NCBI RefSeq assembly: GCF_046719735.1
Contig: NZ_JAUTWQ010000003.1
Location: 30,246-94,245 of the forward strand
Origin: Halobacillus rhizosphaerae
Lineage (GTDB): Bacteria; Bacillota; Bacilli; Bacillales; Halobacillaceae
Direction: 5' to 3'
Length of the DNA: 64,000 nt
Shown here piece by piece: positions 55,849 through 64,000 of this stretch. Positions within the stretch are counted from its first letter, which is position 1. Each line of letters begins with the position of its first letter. The position numbers were made by a program, and so were the translations under genes. The notes under the pieces are model-generated. The model was not told where the DNA came from and did no database searches. It saw nothing but the letters and a program-made list of their open reading frames with translations.

Positions 55849-56105
55849 TCCCGGCTAAATTCATCCTGCAAAAGACTACTAAGATCAAAGTTTGATACCA
55901 GATTACCTTCAATAGTCTCAATTACAACATTCTCTGAATCATTCAACATGTGTGTCACGAAGTTAGCACTAATAAAATCTCCAAATGTTAGTTCATGACG
56001 GTCTTTCTTTTTGTAATAAATTCCACCAGATACCTCTTTAAAATAAGCATTTGACATTGCTAATACCTTTAAATTCATTGTGTGAGTTTCGTATGTATAT
56101 AACAT
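55842..56105 (-). CDS. hypothetical protein
   Basis: 87 aa. Confidence 0.25.
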   Translation of the reverse strand: MLYTYETHTMNLKVLAMSNAYFKEVSGGIYYKKKDRHELTFGDFISANFVTHMLNDSENVVIETIEGNLVSNFDLSSLLQDEFSREL

Positions 56106-56144
56106 TTTATTTCTCCTTTTGGGTTTACCCCGGTTATTAATTTT

Positions 56145-56173
56145 ATATTATCATTATTTGTTGTATCTGTCAA
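56145..56173 (-). promoter_or_regulatory. SPBRE-like promoter TTGACA-N17-TAATAT, divergent from plus-strand gene 56237..56695
   Basis: Minus strand reads TTGACAGATACAACAAATAATGATAATAT. Confidence 0.6.
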
Positions 56174-56236
56174 TAAGACTTTTTTGTAGGATTATGTTAA
56201 AATTATAATTATTATTTTGTATTAGGAGTGATCATA

Positions 56237-56695
56237 TTGTCGTTTAATGAGAGAGAAGCCCTACAAACAATGTTATCGTTTGCCAATGACCAGATGAAAG
56301 AAGCTAAAGAAATGTATTTTGAAGTGCTTACTAAAATTAGAGAAGTAGATGAGCGTGATTTATATAATGAAGATGACAATTCCAGTAATGAAGATTTAAA
56401 AGAACTGAAAGATGAAAATAAGAAGTTAAGGCAAGAAATTGAAAAGTTAAAGAAGGATAAACCAAAGAATAAGGTTCAATATGATATGAATGAAGTAGCT
56501 GATCATGTGCGAACCTTCATTGAAACACATGATGAAGATGATGTATCCTCTAAAGAAATTAGAGATTATTTAGCAGAACTTGATTTTACTTGGGCTAATT
56601 TTAGCATTGCAATGGGACAAATTATGAATCATGATAAAGGAATTGTAAAAGCAGGAAGAGGACTTTATGCTGTCAAAGGTGAATCAGAAGGGTAA
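56237..56695 (+). CDS. plus-strand coiled-coil protein with C-terminal winged-helix-like segment (candidate regulator); start TTG 56237 preferred over GTG 56228
   Basis: Only sizeable plus-strand gene in the prophage. It is divergent from the promoter element at 56151-56173. RBS AGGAGTG. Confidence 0.4.
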   Translation: MSFNEREALQTMLSFANDQMKEAKEMYFEVLTKIREVDERDLYNEDDNSSNEDLKELKDENKKLRQEIEKLKKDKPKNKVQYDMNEVADHVRTFIETHDEDDVSSKEIRDYLAELDFTWANFSIAMGQIMNHDKGIVKAGRGLYAVKGESEG

Positions 56696-56707
56696 TAATA
56701 CCCTTCT

Positions 56708-57181
56708 CTAACCTTTATGGAATTTGTACAATGTAAGTTCACTTTCTTCAAAGGCTATTAAGAGTAGTTCTTCGACTATTTTCCAATCAGCCCCACCCCT
56801 GTAACATCCCACCATATAAGGCATAGCAACTGTTAGTTCATGTTTTCTAGCCATTTGACTAACGGTTTTAAAACATTTGAAAAGACTTTCAGTGCAAGTG
56901 TAGATTCCACCATCATAACCATAGTTGTTTTGTCCAAACATATTAGCAACCCACTTTTTGTGACCAACATTTACACCTAGAACTCTTCCCAATAGATTTT
57001 TTGTATCACCATTATTCAAAGTGACTTCTTCAACCGCATCTCTATATGATGTATAGGCATCTGGGTAATTATTTTTGATTTGCAAAGCTACTCCACTACC
57101 CATTTTACCTTGACAATTGACTTGATGGGCAATAATATTTTCTTTTGCTTTTAAAAGATCACCATAGACAATTTTTATCAT
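56708..57181 (-). CDS. macro domain protein (ADP-ribose binding/hydrolase)
   Basis: Macro-domain signature VYGDLL...IAHQVNCQGKMGSGVALQI. Confidence 0.7.
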   Translation of the reverse strand: MIKIVYGDLLKAKENIIAHQVNCQGKMGSGVALQIKNNYPDAYTSYRDAVEEVTLNNGDTKNLLGRVLGVNVGHKKWVANMFGQNNYGYDGGIYTCTESLFKCFKTVSQMARKHELTVAMPYMVGCYRGGADWKIVEELLLIAFEESELTLYKFHKG

Positions 57182-57447
57182 TAGTGAAGTAATCCATCGT
57201 TTTCAATATCATGGAGAAGTTCATTTAAAATTGACTTAAGAAGAATATCAATATCTTCAAATGTAGGGTCGTGTCCATTTAGTAAATCGCTCTGATACTC
57301 ATTCATAACATTTATAGTTAATACAGTAGAAAGTTTGTTCAATTCTTCTGGTGTTAGACTTGATGTTGTACCACCTGCTTTTAATGTTTCTGCAATACCT
57401 GCCACTGCATACAATTTCATTAATAAATCTTTTCTTTTTTTATCCAT
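57181..57447 (-). CDS. hypothetical protein
   Basis: 88 aa. Confidence 0.25.
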   Translation of the reverse strand: MDKKRKDLLMKLYAVAGIAETLKAGGTTSSLTPEELNKLSTVLTINVMNEYQSDLLNGHDPTFEDIDILLKSILNELLHDIENDGLLH

Positions 57448-57451
57448 TATT

Positions 57452-57904
57452 TCATCCTCCTATTTCATCCATAGCTTTATTTGCTAACTGATCTGCTAAC
57501 TCATTTCCACTTTCCCCAGAATGTCCTTTTACTTTCGACCACTCTACACTTTCTTGATTGTCAGAAAGTAGGAGTAATCTTTGCCAAAGTGATTCATTCT
57601 CAACAGGTTTACCATCAGATTTCTTCCAGTTTTTCTTAACCCACTTCTCAACCCATGAAGTCATTCCATTACACACATAAGCACTATCTACACGCATTTC
57701 AATTGGGATGTTTTTTGTTTTAATGGCTTCTAATGCTTTGATACAAGCTGTGAGTTCCATTCGATTATTCGTGGTGTTTTGCTCTCCACCAAATAATTCT
57801 TTTGTTTTGCCTTTATATTCTAAGACAGCACCCCAACCACCAATATTTTCTGCATGTTGATTCCCACGACAACCACCATCACAATATATAATTATTTTTT
57901 GCAA
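57452..57904 (-). CDS. ribonuclease HI
   Basis: YCDGGCRGN, TNNRMEL and HSGESGNELADQLA motifs. Confidence 0.8.
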   Translation of the reverse strand: MQKIIIYCDGGCRGNQHAENIGGWGAVLEYKGKTKELFGGEQNTTNNRMELTACIKALEAIKTKNIPIEMRVDSAYVCNGMTSWVEKWVKKNWKKSDGKPVENESLWQRLLLLSDNQESVEWSKVKGHSGESGNELADQLANKAMDEIGG

Positions 57905-58173
57905 TTGTCCAAAACCGCAGTTCCAGTTGATTTCTTTGTAATTGAAGTAACTTGTATGCCAAGTTGATTAATTCTCAAATATTGAACTTTGTCTTTTAGA
58001 AATTCTATAACTTCATGAAGTTGTTCTCTATGACAAAATGCATATCTTGCACTTACGTTACCATCTACTACATTCCCAAAGAATACTACATGATCTGGTT
58101 CAACATGGTAGTTTTTACGCTTGTAATCTCTTAAATGATTATTTAATTCTATTCTCAAATTTTCTATAGTCAT
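57892..58173 (-). CDS. hypothetical protein
   Basis: 93 aa. Confidence 0.25.
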   Translation of the reverse strand: MTIENLRIELNNHLRDYKRKNYHVEPDHVVFFGNVVDGNVSARYAFCHREQLHEVIEFLKDKVQYLRINQLGIQVTSITKKSTGTAVLDNCKK

Positions 58174-58400
58174 TTTATTATTTTCTCCTTTTTAGTAAAA
58201 TCTAAAATTACCTCTTTAAAGCATATTTCAAGCACCCTAAAATTTGTATAAAATGAATATTTTATTAAAAGACTTTCTCTTTAATCCTAACTTCACCACA
58301 TTTGCGACACTTTCTCTTGGTTTGTTGAATCCTATAATTACCAACCTCTGTATTTCTTAGAGACTTAAATATATCCCATTTATGAAAACAATTATTTTTG

Positions 58401-58667
58401 TCAAACATCTTTATCTAGAACCTTTTTTGTCTCTTTATTAGAAAGCACCTTTGTCTCTTTTGGCAAATTCTTGGTGTTCTTTCGTTTCTTCAAAGCTCTG
58501 AATTTATCTACGAATTTTTCATAACTCTTTTCATCTACCATTTTCCAACATACAGAAACAAACTTCCAAGTCACATTCGTCAAGACAAACACTACAACTA
58601 CTGCAACAGCAAAGCCAATAACATTACCAACTACTCCCATGAAACCAAGCAAAATATCTGTAATCAT
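58401..58667 (-). CDS. small membrane protein
   Basis: 88 aa with an N-terminal TM helix. Confidence 0.3.
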   Translation of the reverse strand: MITDILLGFMGVVGNVIGFAVAVVVVFVLTNVTWKFVSVCWKMVDEKSYEKFVDKFRALKKRKNTKNLPKETKVLSNKETKKVLDKDV

Positions 58668-58728
58668 TATTTACCTCCTAATATGTTTTCTATATAAGAA
58701 AAGGTGAGAATGTTTTCCCACCTGTATT

Positions 58729-60405
58729 TTAAATCAAAGCATAATCTTGAAGAACAACCTGTGGAATAACAACCTTTTTCTTTGTTTTAAAATTAAACCA
58801 CTGATTGAGTTTTAATTCTCCAACTGCTTCTAAGTCATCAAAAGGTGCTAGATCAGAAGCATATTCTTCATCAACTCTAAACCTAATTAATTCTAAGTTA
58901 TTAAATGTAGTTATTTTAACTGTCTCTCTGGTTTCTCCTAAAACTGCCGTATCATTTACTCGTATTCCAGTTACTTTAACTATAATTTTAGGGAATCCAC
59001 TACCACAAACAAGATTAAATTGTTGAATTGCTTTCATATATTCATTTATTTCTGAAACATCTAACTCTAAATCATAAAGGGCAAACGGTTCTTTCTCGGT
59101 CAGTGTAGGCATTAGACGATCAATGTAAGTTTTAAGATTTTCAATATGTTCTTCTGCAAGAACAAATCCACCTGCTCCTTTATGACCGATAACTTCAATA
59201 TCATTTTCAAATCCTTTAAGAAAGTCTAAGAAGTTGAAATTGTTGTAGCTTCTAAAACTACCACTCAAATAGCCTTTATGTAATCGACCTACGATAGCAG
59301 GTCTTCTATAATTATCTGTAAGCTGTTGTGCAACTAAGCCATTAAATCCTTTGGATGACTTATCATCCATAACAATAAGCACTTTTTCATCTTCATTGAT
59401 GGCATTTGAATATTGCTCAAAGATTTCCTTCTGTCTTGCTTTTCTGGTTTTATTTAACTTATCCATTTTCAATCGTAATTTTTTACAGATTTTATCATCA
59501 TCTTCAAGAAGGATATCTATTGCTAATTTAATTTCTCCCATTCTCGCAACTCCATTTATTAGAGGTGCAATGGTAAATCCAATAGCAGAACAATCAACAT
59601 TATAAAGATCAACTTTACCGCCTTTTAGTATCCTTACAAGACCTGTATTCGTTATGTTTCTTAAACCATGCATGATGAGATAACGGTTTTCAAGTACATC
59701 TACTCTCATCATATCTGCATACATCCCAACTGCAACTAAATCAATAAATTGCCAAACATCTACTTCGTCTAAAGTATCCTCTATGACTTGTAATACTTTG
59801 AATACAACTCCTGCACCAGAAAGAAATTTATTAGGATATAAACAATCTTCCTGCTGTGGATTAACCATAATACAATAAGGATTTTCTTTTTCAATAGCAT
59901 GGTGGTCTAGAATGACAATATCTGTTCCTGCTTTGATAATCTTCTTACAGGTTTCGGGATCATTTGTAGAAGAGTCTATTAAGATTAAAAGGTCTGCATC
60001 TTCAATTTTTTCTCTATTGCTAATACTTCTATTCAATCTTTCCTCTTCAATGTCTTCTGTGATCAATATTTGTTCTGTAATTCCATGACCGTCATTTCTT
60101 TCACCATAAATAAAGTCAACATTTTCAGTATAGTTAAAAAGATACCTCATCATTATTGTACTTGATGTAAGACCATCAGCATCACAGTCGTATGAAATCA
60201 CAATATTTTCTTTGTTCATGATTGCTTTAATAATTCGATTACTTGCTTCTTCGATATTTTTTAATAAGTAGGGGTCATGAAGTTCTTCTGATGTAGGTTT
60301 AAGAAATCTTTCTGTATTCTCAACCCCTCTTATCTTAGCTATCTGATCTACAGGAGAATCACTACTATTTGGCTTCTCTTTCGCCTTCCTCTGAATCCAT
60401 TTCAT
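58729..60405 (-). CDS. RecJ-like DHH family single-strand DNA exonuclease
   Basis: DHH motifs YDCDADG, LILIDSS, ILDHH and DHHA1 GHKGAGGF. Confidence 0.8.
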   Translation of the reverse strand: MKWIQRKAKEKPNSSDSPVDQIAKIRGVENTERFLKPTSEELHDPYLLKNIEEASNRIIKAIMNKENIVISYDCDADGLTSSTIMMRYLFNYTENVDFIYGERNDGHGITEQILITEDIEEERLNRSISNREKIEDADLLILIDSSTNDPETCKKIIKAGTDIVILDHHAIEKENPYCIMVNPQQEDCLYPNKFLSGAGVVFKVLQVIEDTLDEVDVWQFIDLVAVGMYADMMRVDVLENRYLIMHGLRNITNTGLVRILKGGKVDLYNVDCSAIGFTIAPLINGVARMGEIKLAIDILLEDDDKICKKLRLKMDKLNKTRKARQKEIFEQYSNAINEDEKVLIVMDDKSSKGFNGLVAQQLTDNYRRPAIVGRLHKGYLSGSFRSYNNFNFLDFLKGFENDIEVIGHKGAGGFVLAEEHIENLKTYIDRLMPTLTEKEPFALYDLELDVSEINEYMKAIQQFNLVCGSGFPKIIVKVTGIRVNDTAVLGETRETVKITTFNNLELIRFRVDEEYASDLAPFDDLEAVGELKLNQWFNFKTKKKVVIPQVVLQDYALI

Positions 60406-60739
60406 ATCCTAAACTTGCTCCCTCTGATTCAAGGTGGAAATCTTCATTGGAAATTTGCATATTCAACTCGCCCATTTCTTGATATCCTTTAACAGCATCC
60501 ATCATGGTTTCCATCCTTTTAAGACTATCAAAATACTGGTCAAAACTAACTTCAACAATATCATTTTCTAATTTTTGGTCAGAAGAATATTCTCTTACAA
60601 ATTCCATAATCTCTGTCATTTTTTCAATAGAATAACCCTTTTCAAGTAGTTGATTTGTTAGATTTTGGTGATGACCACTGACTCTTAAAAATAACCCCGA
60701 AGCTGTTAGTTGATTGGCAACCTGTGCAAAATTTTCCAT
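60365..60739 (-). CDS. hypothetical acidic protein
   Basis: 124 aa. Confidence 0.25.
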   Translation of the reverse strand: MENFAQVANQLTASGLFLRVSGHHQNLTNQLLEKGYSIEKMTEIMEFVREYSSDQKLENDIVEVSFDQYFDSLKRMETMMDAVKGYQEMGELNMQISNEDFHLESEGASLGYEMDSEEGEREAK

Positions 60740-60754
60740 TTTCTCATTTCCCCT

Positions 60755-60781
60755 TTAAATAATTATTTGTTGTTCTTGTAA
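60755..60781 (-). promoter_or_regulatory. SPBRE-like element (TACAAG-AACAACAAATAAT)
   Basis: Lies upstream of the ORF at 60365..60739. Confidence 0.45.
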
Positions 60782-60861
60782 TAATAAGATATGGAAACAT
60801 TCTCTTATTGTTTGGGCATTAGTAGAAAATGGTTTCAAGCCCAAACTTTTCTTTTTTGTTT

Positions 60862-60890
60862 CTGTAATGTAATCTTACTATTATTTGTTG
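60862..60890 (-). promoter_or_regulatory. SPBRE-like promoter TTGACA-N17-TAAGAT
   Basis: Minus strand reads TTGACAAGCACAACAAATAATAGTAAGAT. A ~100-nt leader with a TTTGGGC/GCCCAAA hairpin follows. Confidence 0.55.
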
Positions 60891-60934
60891 TGCTTGTCAA
60901 TGCTTTTCCAAACAAAAACACGAATAAGTGTTCG

Positions 60935-62020
60935 TTATTTTTCGACATTAAATTCGATTTCTTCTATTGCTTCAAGCATTTGTTTCCACACATCAAATCC
61001 TTTATCAATAGGAGAGTCTTTATGATTGAGTAAATCATTTCGGTCAATCATTTTATACACCTTTCTGTTTGTAAACAACTGTCCAGATTCATCTATTTCT
61101 TTTTCCTTTAATCCTTTGTCGTAGCAGAGAATTATTTCAATATCTAAACCAAGTTGTTTTATTGTATGGACTTGCTCTTCCGATATTTTAGATGCACCTA
61201 TGGCAAGAGTATTATAGACACCTAGATCAAACATTTTCATACAGGATTTTTCACCTTCGAATATAAATACCTTTTTCTCCATTAGAATATAAGGAAGTGC
61301 GAAGTGAAAATTAAACCATTCATAACCATTATTACAACGGTGAAGATAAATGTATTTCTTTTCTAAATCATCTTTGTCATGCATGATCCTTCCTTTAACA
61401 CCTACTAATTTTCCAAAACGATTGCGAATAGGTACGGTTATTCGCTTAGTATCTAAGTCAAATCCAATACCGTACATTATTTGTGTTTCTCTGGATATAC
61501 CCTCTTTCACCCAATCATCAAATGGGAGTGGTTGATCCCAATAGAAATACTCATTTAATACTGTCTCTGGGAGAATAGGGTTAGGTTTAATTTCTTTTCT
61601 TCTTTTTTTGTTATTGGTAAATTGTCTTAGGCAAGCTGTATAATCTTTAACTGCCATAGTACCTTTTTTACCTTTTAAATATTGAGTCCATCCAAACAAT
61701 TCACAAATGAAAGTCTTGGCTTTTTGTAGATTTTGTTGAAGTTCTGCACCCCTATGATCAAAATGAATATAATTTACCAGATTAAAAATATCACCCTCAA
61801 AATCTGCTCTATTTCTAATACTGCAAGACATAAATTCATTCATCTTTACTTGAACTGCTCTTTTATTGGTGCTGTAAAACCTTTCTGGCAACTGTGCTGT
61901 AATTAAATGACCACCCTGTTCAGACTTCACATAATCACAGGAGATAGCTTCGAGAAGGTCTTCTACTTTGTCTTCATTTACTAATTTTTCTTTTATTTTC
62001 TTTAAATCAGACAACCTCAA
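60935..62020 (-). CDS. DNA primase (TOPRIM domain)
   Basis: TOPRIM FIFEGEKS and downstream acidic motif. TTG start with RBS TAAGGAGAGG. Confidence 0.65.
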   Translation of the reverse strand: MRLSDLKKIKEKLVNEDKVEDLLEAISCDYVKSEQGGHLITAQLPERFYSTNKRAVQVKMNEFMSCSIRNRADFEGDIFNLVNYIHFDHRGAELQQNLQKAKTFICELFGWTQYLKGKKGTMAVKDYTACLRQFTNNKKRRKEIKPNPILPETVLNEYFYWDQPLPFDDWVKEGISRETQIMYGIGFDLDTKRITVPIRNRFGKLVGVKGRIMHDKDDLEKKYIYLHRCNNGYEWFNFHFALPYILMEKKVFIFEGEKSCMKMFDLGVYNTLAIGASKISEEQVHTIKQLGLDIEIILCYDKGLKEKEIDESGQLFTNRKVYKMIDRNDLLNHKDSPIDKGFDVWKQMLEAIEEIEFNVEK

Positions 62021-62053
62021 CCTCTCCTTATGTGATTATATGTTGCACTTTTA

Positions 62054-62076
62054 TTATCTATTACCTTTGTCATTTG
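62054..62076 (-). promoter_or_regulatory. SPBRE-like element upstream of primase gene
   Basis: Minus strand reads TAATAAAAGTGCAACATATAATC. Confidence 0.45.
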
Positions 62077-63598
62077 CTACAAAACACCATCCAATTTCCT
62101 TGAAATGGTTATTATTAAATGAAGGTTCAATAACTAGGACAGCTTGACCATTATCATTTGTTTGACCAAAACGATTTTTTGGAGTGAACCATAGGTAATA
62201 TGTTTTACCCCACTCAAGATAAAACTCTTCTCTTCTATATTCACCATCTTCACCTTTGACATTTCTCCAACATTTCAAAGGTTTTGCTTTAGCACTATCA
62301 CTGTAGTATTCAGATGACCATACAGGTCTAAACATATACATGATACTTGCTTCGTTTTTGGATGCTTTACCTTCACCAATAGCTTCAAAGTCAAGATATT
62401 TATTACGGATAGCACTATCTGCTAACTGGAATGTAACAACAGTTCTTAGATTCATTCCACCTGCATTTTTACGTGTGAGTCTATAAATTACTTTCATATC
62501 TTCTACAAAAGTTTCCCAACGTTTTTCATACTGAGAATTGTCTGACACTTTATGAGTGTCAATTAAAAGATTTGTGTATCCTCTGTTTGCCCAAAACCGT
62601 ACAATTTTTTCTAAATCTTTCATCACGTATTTTTCCATGAATATGATCTTAATTAAGGCTTCATTTCCTTCTGTTAGCTCATGCATACGATTGAAAGCTT
62701 TAGTAATTTTATCCTTATCAACATCAGACAATTTTCCATTTTTTAATTTCTTCCGATCAAGACCAGTATGAAATTCATGCCACAAGATACTAAGTACGAT
62801 TTTTTCACGAAATGCCTGTGCATCTTCCTCATTCAAGATAACAATAGCTTTTTCATTGTTTACTACACAACTCATTACAAATTTTTCAGAAGTAATAGAT
62901 GATTTACCAGTACCACCAAATCCACCTATCATTGTCACATGTCCTCTTGGAGTACCTTGAGAAATGCTTTGAAGTAATCGACTATTATAGTAAGGTAGCA
63001 TATCTGCTGATTCTTCTATGAGTTTTCTAATATATTCTTGAGGGTCTATGTATAGGTTTTCAGCTTCATACCTATTAATGTTATCTAATCCAATTTTGTT
63101 TGCTTTATCTGTCCAATAAGAGGCAAGGAGTTCCCTTGGCATCTCTTTCCAGTTATACCTTCCCTTTTTAAGGAATACTTTATCACCAAATAATGCATAC
63201 AGTTGTCTGATAGTATAATTCCTTTTAATGCTTTCATAATAGTGTTCAATGTTTTCACTGTTGTATTTAACAATTTCTACGGCATCTTCAATTGTCGTTA
63301 ATCCACCATATTTATTAAATTCATCTTCTATATTGAAATCCTTCACAGATTTCATTACTGAAATATCATCAAACTTCTTGATATTCTCATCTTGGTACAG
63401 TCTTCTACCTAATTCAAAGTAGAAGCCCCAAACTTCATGAATAAATTCATCTTGAGATATTGTATCTGAATATTCTGTATAATGATTAAAAGGGTCAGAC
63501 CAACAAAGTCCAACGAAATAAGCTTCATTAACCTCTGCTTTGGTTCTTATTTCTTTTACTTCTTTCTCAACTAACTCTTGAGTTGTATCTTGCGCCAT
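62054..63598 (-). CDS. DnaB-like replicative DNA helicase
   Basis: Walker A GGFGGTGKSS in a RecA-like C-terminal domain. It is adjacent to the primase. Confidence 0.7.
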   Translation of the reverse strand: MAQDTTQELVEKEVKEIRTKAEVNEAYFVGLCWSDPFNHYTEYSDTISQDEFIHEVWGFYFELGRRLYQDENIKKFDDISVMKSVKDFNIEDEFNKYGGLTTIEDAVEIVKYNSENIEHYYESIKRNYTIRQLYALFGDKVFLKKGRYNWKEMPRELLASYWTDKANKIGLDNINRYEAENLYIDPQEYIRKLIEESADMLPYYNSRLLQSISQGTPRGHVTMIGGFGGTGKSSITSEKFVMSCVVNNEKAIVILNEEDAQAFREKIVLSILWHEFHTGLDRKKLKNGKLSDVDKDKITKAFNRMHELTEGNEALIKIIFMEKYVMKDLEKIVRFWANRGYTNLLIDTHKVSDNSQYEKRWETFVEDMKVIYRLTRKNAGGMNLRTVVTFQLADSAIRNKYLDFEAIGEGKASKNEASIMYMFRPVWSSEYYSDSAKAKPLKCWRNVKGEDGEYRREEFYLEWGKTYYLWFTPKNRFGQTNDNGQAVLVIEPSFNNNHFKEIGWCFVANDKGNR

Positions 63599-63620
63599 CT
63601 ATGTACCACCTTATCTTACT

Positions 63621-64000
63621 TAGTCATCTAGGAAATCAGAGAGTTCAACTTTATCCTTCCTCTGCTTTTTATAGCTAGATTCATAATCTTCTTCCACTTG
63701 GACTATTTTAGGTTGTTTCTTGATTCTCATTTCCTGCTCTTCACGATCTTTGATTCTCTGGTCTACTACATATAATTTATCTAAAATAATTCTAAGTGCA
63801 TATTTAAAAGCAGAAGTGAAAGATTCGAAGCCCTTTTCTCCATTCCAATATCTAATTGTGTCTGCACAAAATTCAAAGGTTTCTTGAATAACAGGATAAG
63901 GATACCCTTCTTTATAGCGTTTTCCTGTCTTTTGTCCACTTAATGCAGGTTCTCCATTTCTTATCTTTTGTAAGAAAGGATATGCCTGTTCTGGTAATGG
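63621..64000 (-). CDS. 3' end of a CDS continuing beyond the window (acidic C-terminal tail ...ELSDFLDD; possibly SSB-like or other replication protein)
   Basis: Open frame from the window edge to TAA at 63621-63623. It sits directly upstream (in minus sense) of the helicase. Confidence 0.3.

Larger units (their letters stand above)
15466..64000 (-). mobile_element. large SPbeta-like prophage (left end; extends beyond window)
   Basis: Serine recombinase at the junction. There are ~48 kb of minus-strand phage genes (replication, nucleotide metabolism, anti-defence) and repeated promoter elements. It abuts a truncated host gene. Confidence 0.85.

Noticed and set aside
1-64000. CRISPR arrays, tRNA or rRNA genes
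   Set aside because: No regularly spaced short direct repeats with unique spacers were found. No tRNA-like cloverleaf (no GTTCGAATCC-type T-loops with flanking stems) and no rRNA-like segments were seen on either strand. The only tandem repeats are the coding 45-bp and 30-bp repeats.

Overview
This is a low-GC, Bacillus-like chromosomal segment carrying host genes up to about 15.4 kb and a large prophage from there to the window edge.

Host genes (1 to ~15.4 kb):
- MATE efflux pump
- MurG-like GT28 glycosyltransferase
- sugar-phosphate isomerase/epimerase
- UvrD/HelD-like helicase
- aldo-keto reductase
- DUF2268-like HExxH metalloprotease
- complete gerA-type spore-germination operon (AA-AB-AC) on the minus strand
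- DUF389-like membrane protein
- the 5' part of an ABC exporter gene, which stops abruptly at 15465

Prophage (~15466 to 64000, >48 kb, continuing beyond the window):
- It is almost entirely minus-strand coded and SPbeta-like in architecture.
- A large serine recombinase sits at the junction, and the element appears to have integrated into the ABC exporter gene.
- It encodes an unusually complete DNA and nucleotide toolkit: ATP-dependent DNA ligase, type IIA topoisomerase A and B subunits, class Ib ribonucleotide reductase (nrdHIEF), dUTPase, guanylate kinase, RNase H, RecJ-like DHH exonuclease, TOPRIM primase and DnaB-like helicase.
- Anti-defence candidates are a Dam-like orphan methyltransferase, a macro domain protein, an HNH endonuclease and two lipoproteins.
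- There is an RNA end-healing and sealing cassette: a Pnk kinase fused to a C-terminal HD phosphoesterase, next to an RNA ligase carrying an N-terminal tRNA-binding OB domain. It is flanked by a ClpP-like and a subtilisin-like protease.
- Other notable genes are two paralogous pol-beta-type nucleotidyltransferases, an SPFH protein, and dozens of small hypothetical genes.

Two conserved non-coding motif families partition the prophage:
- An SPBRE-like 14-bp element (minus-strand reading GTGCAACAAATAAT) sits in the spacer of sigmaA-like promoters at 18 or more sites between 18 and 62 kb.
- A palindromic AATAAAAC-N-TTTTATACA element sits directly upstream of ribosome-binding sites of small genes between 40.7 and 58.3 kb.

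Smaller observations:
- a candidate type I toxin/sRNA locus at 32.5-32.8 kb
- a recombinase zinc-ribbon-only ORF
- GC-rich structured non-coding islands in the host part
- no tRNA, rRNA or CRISPR array seen
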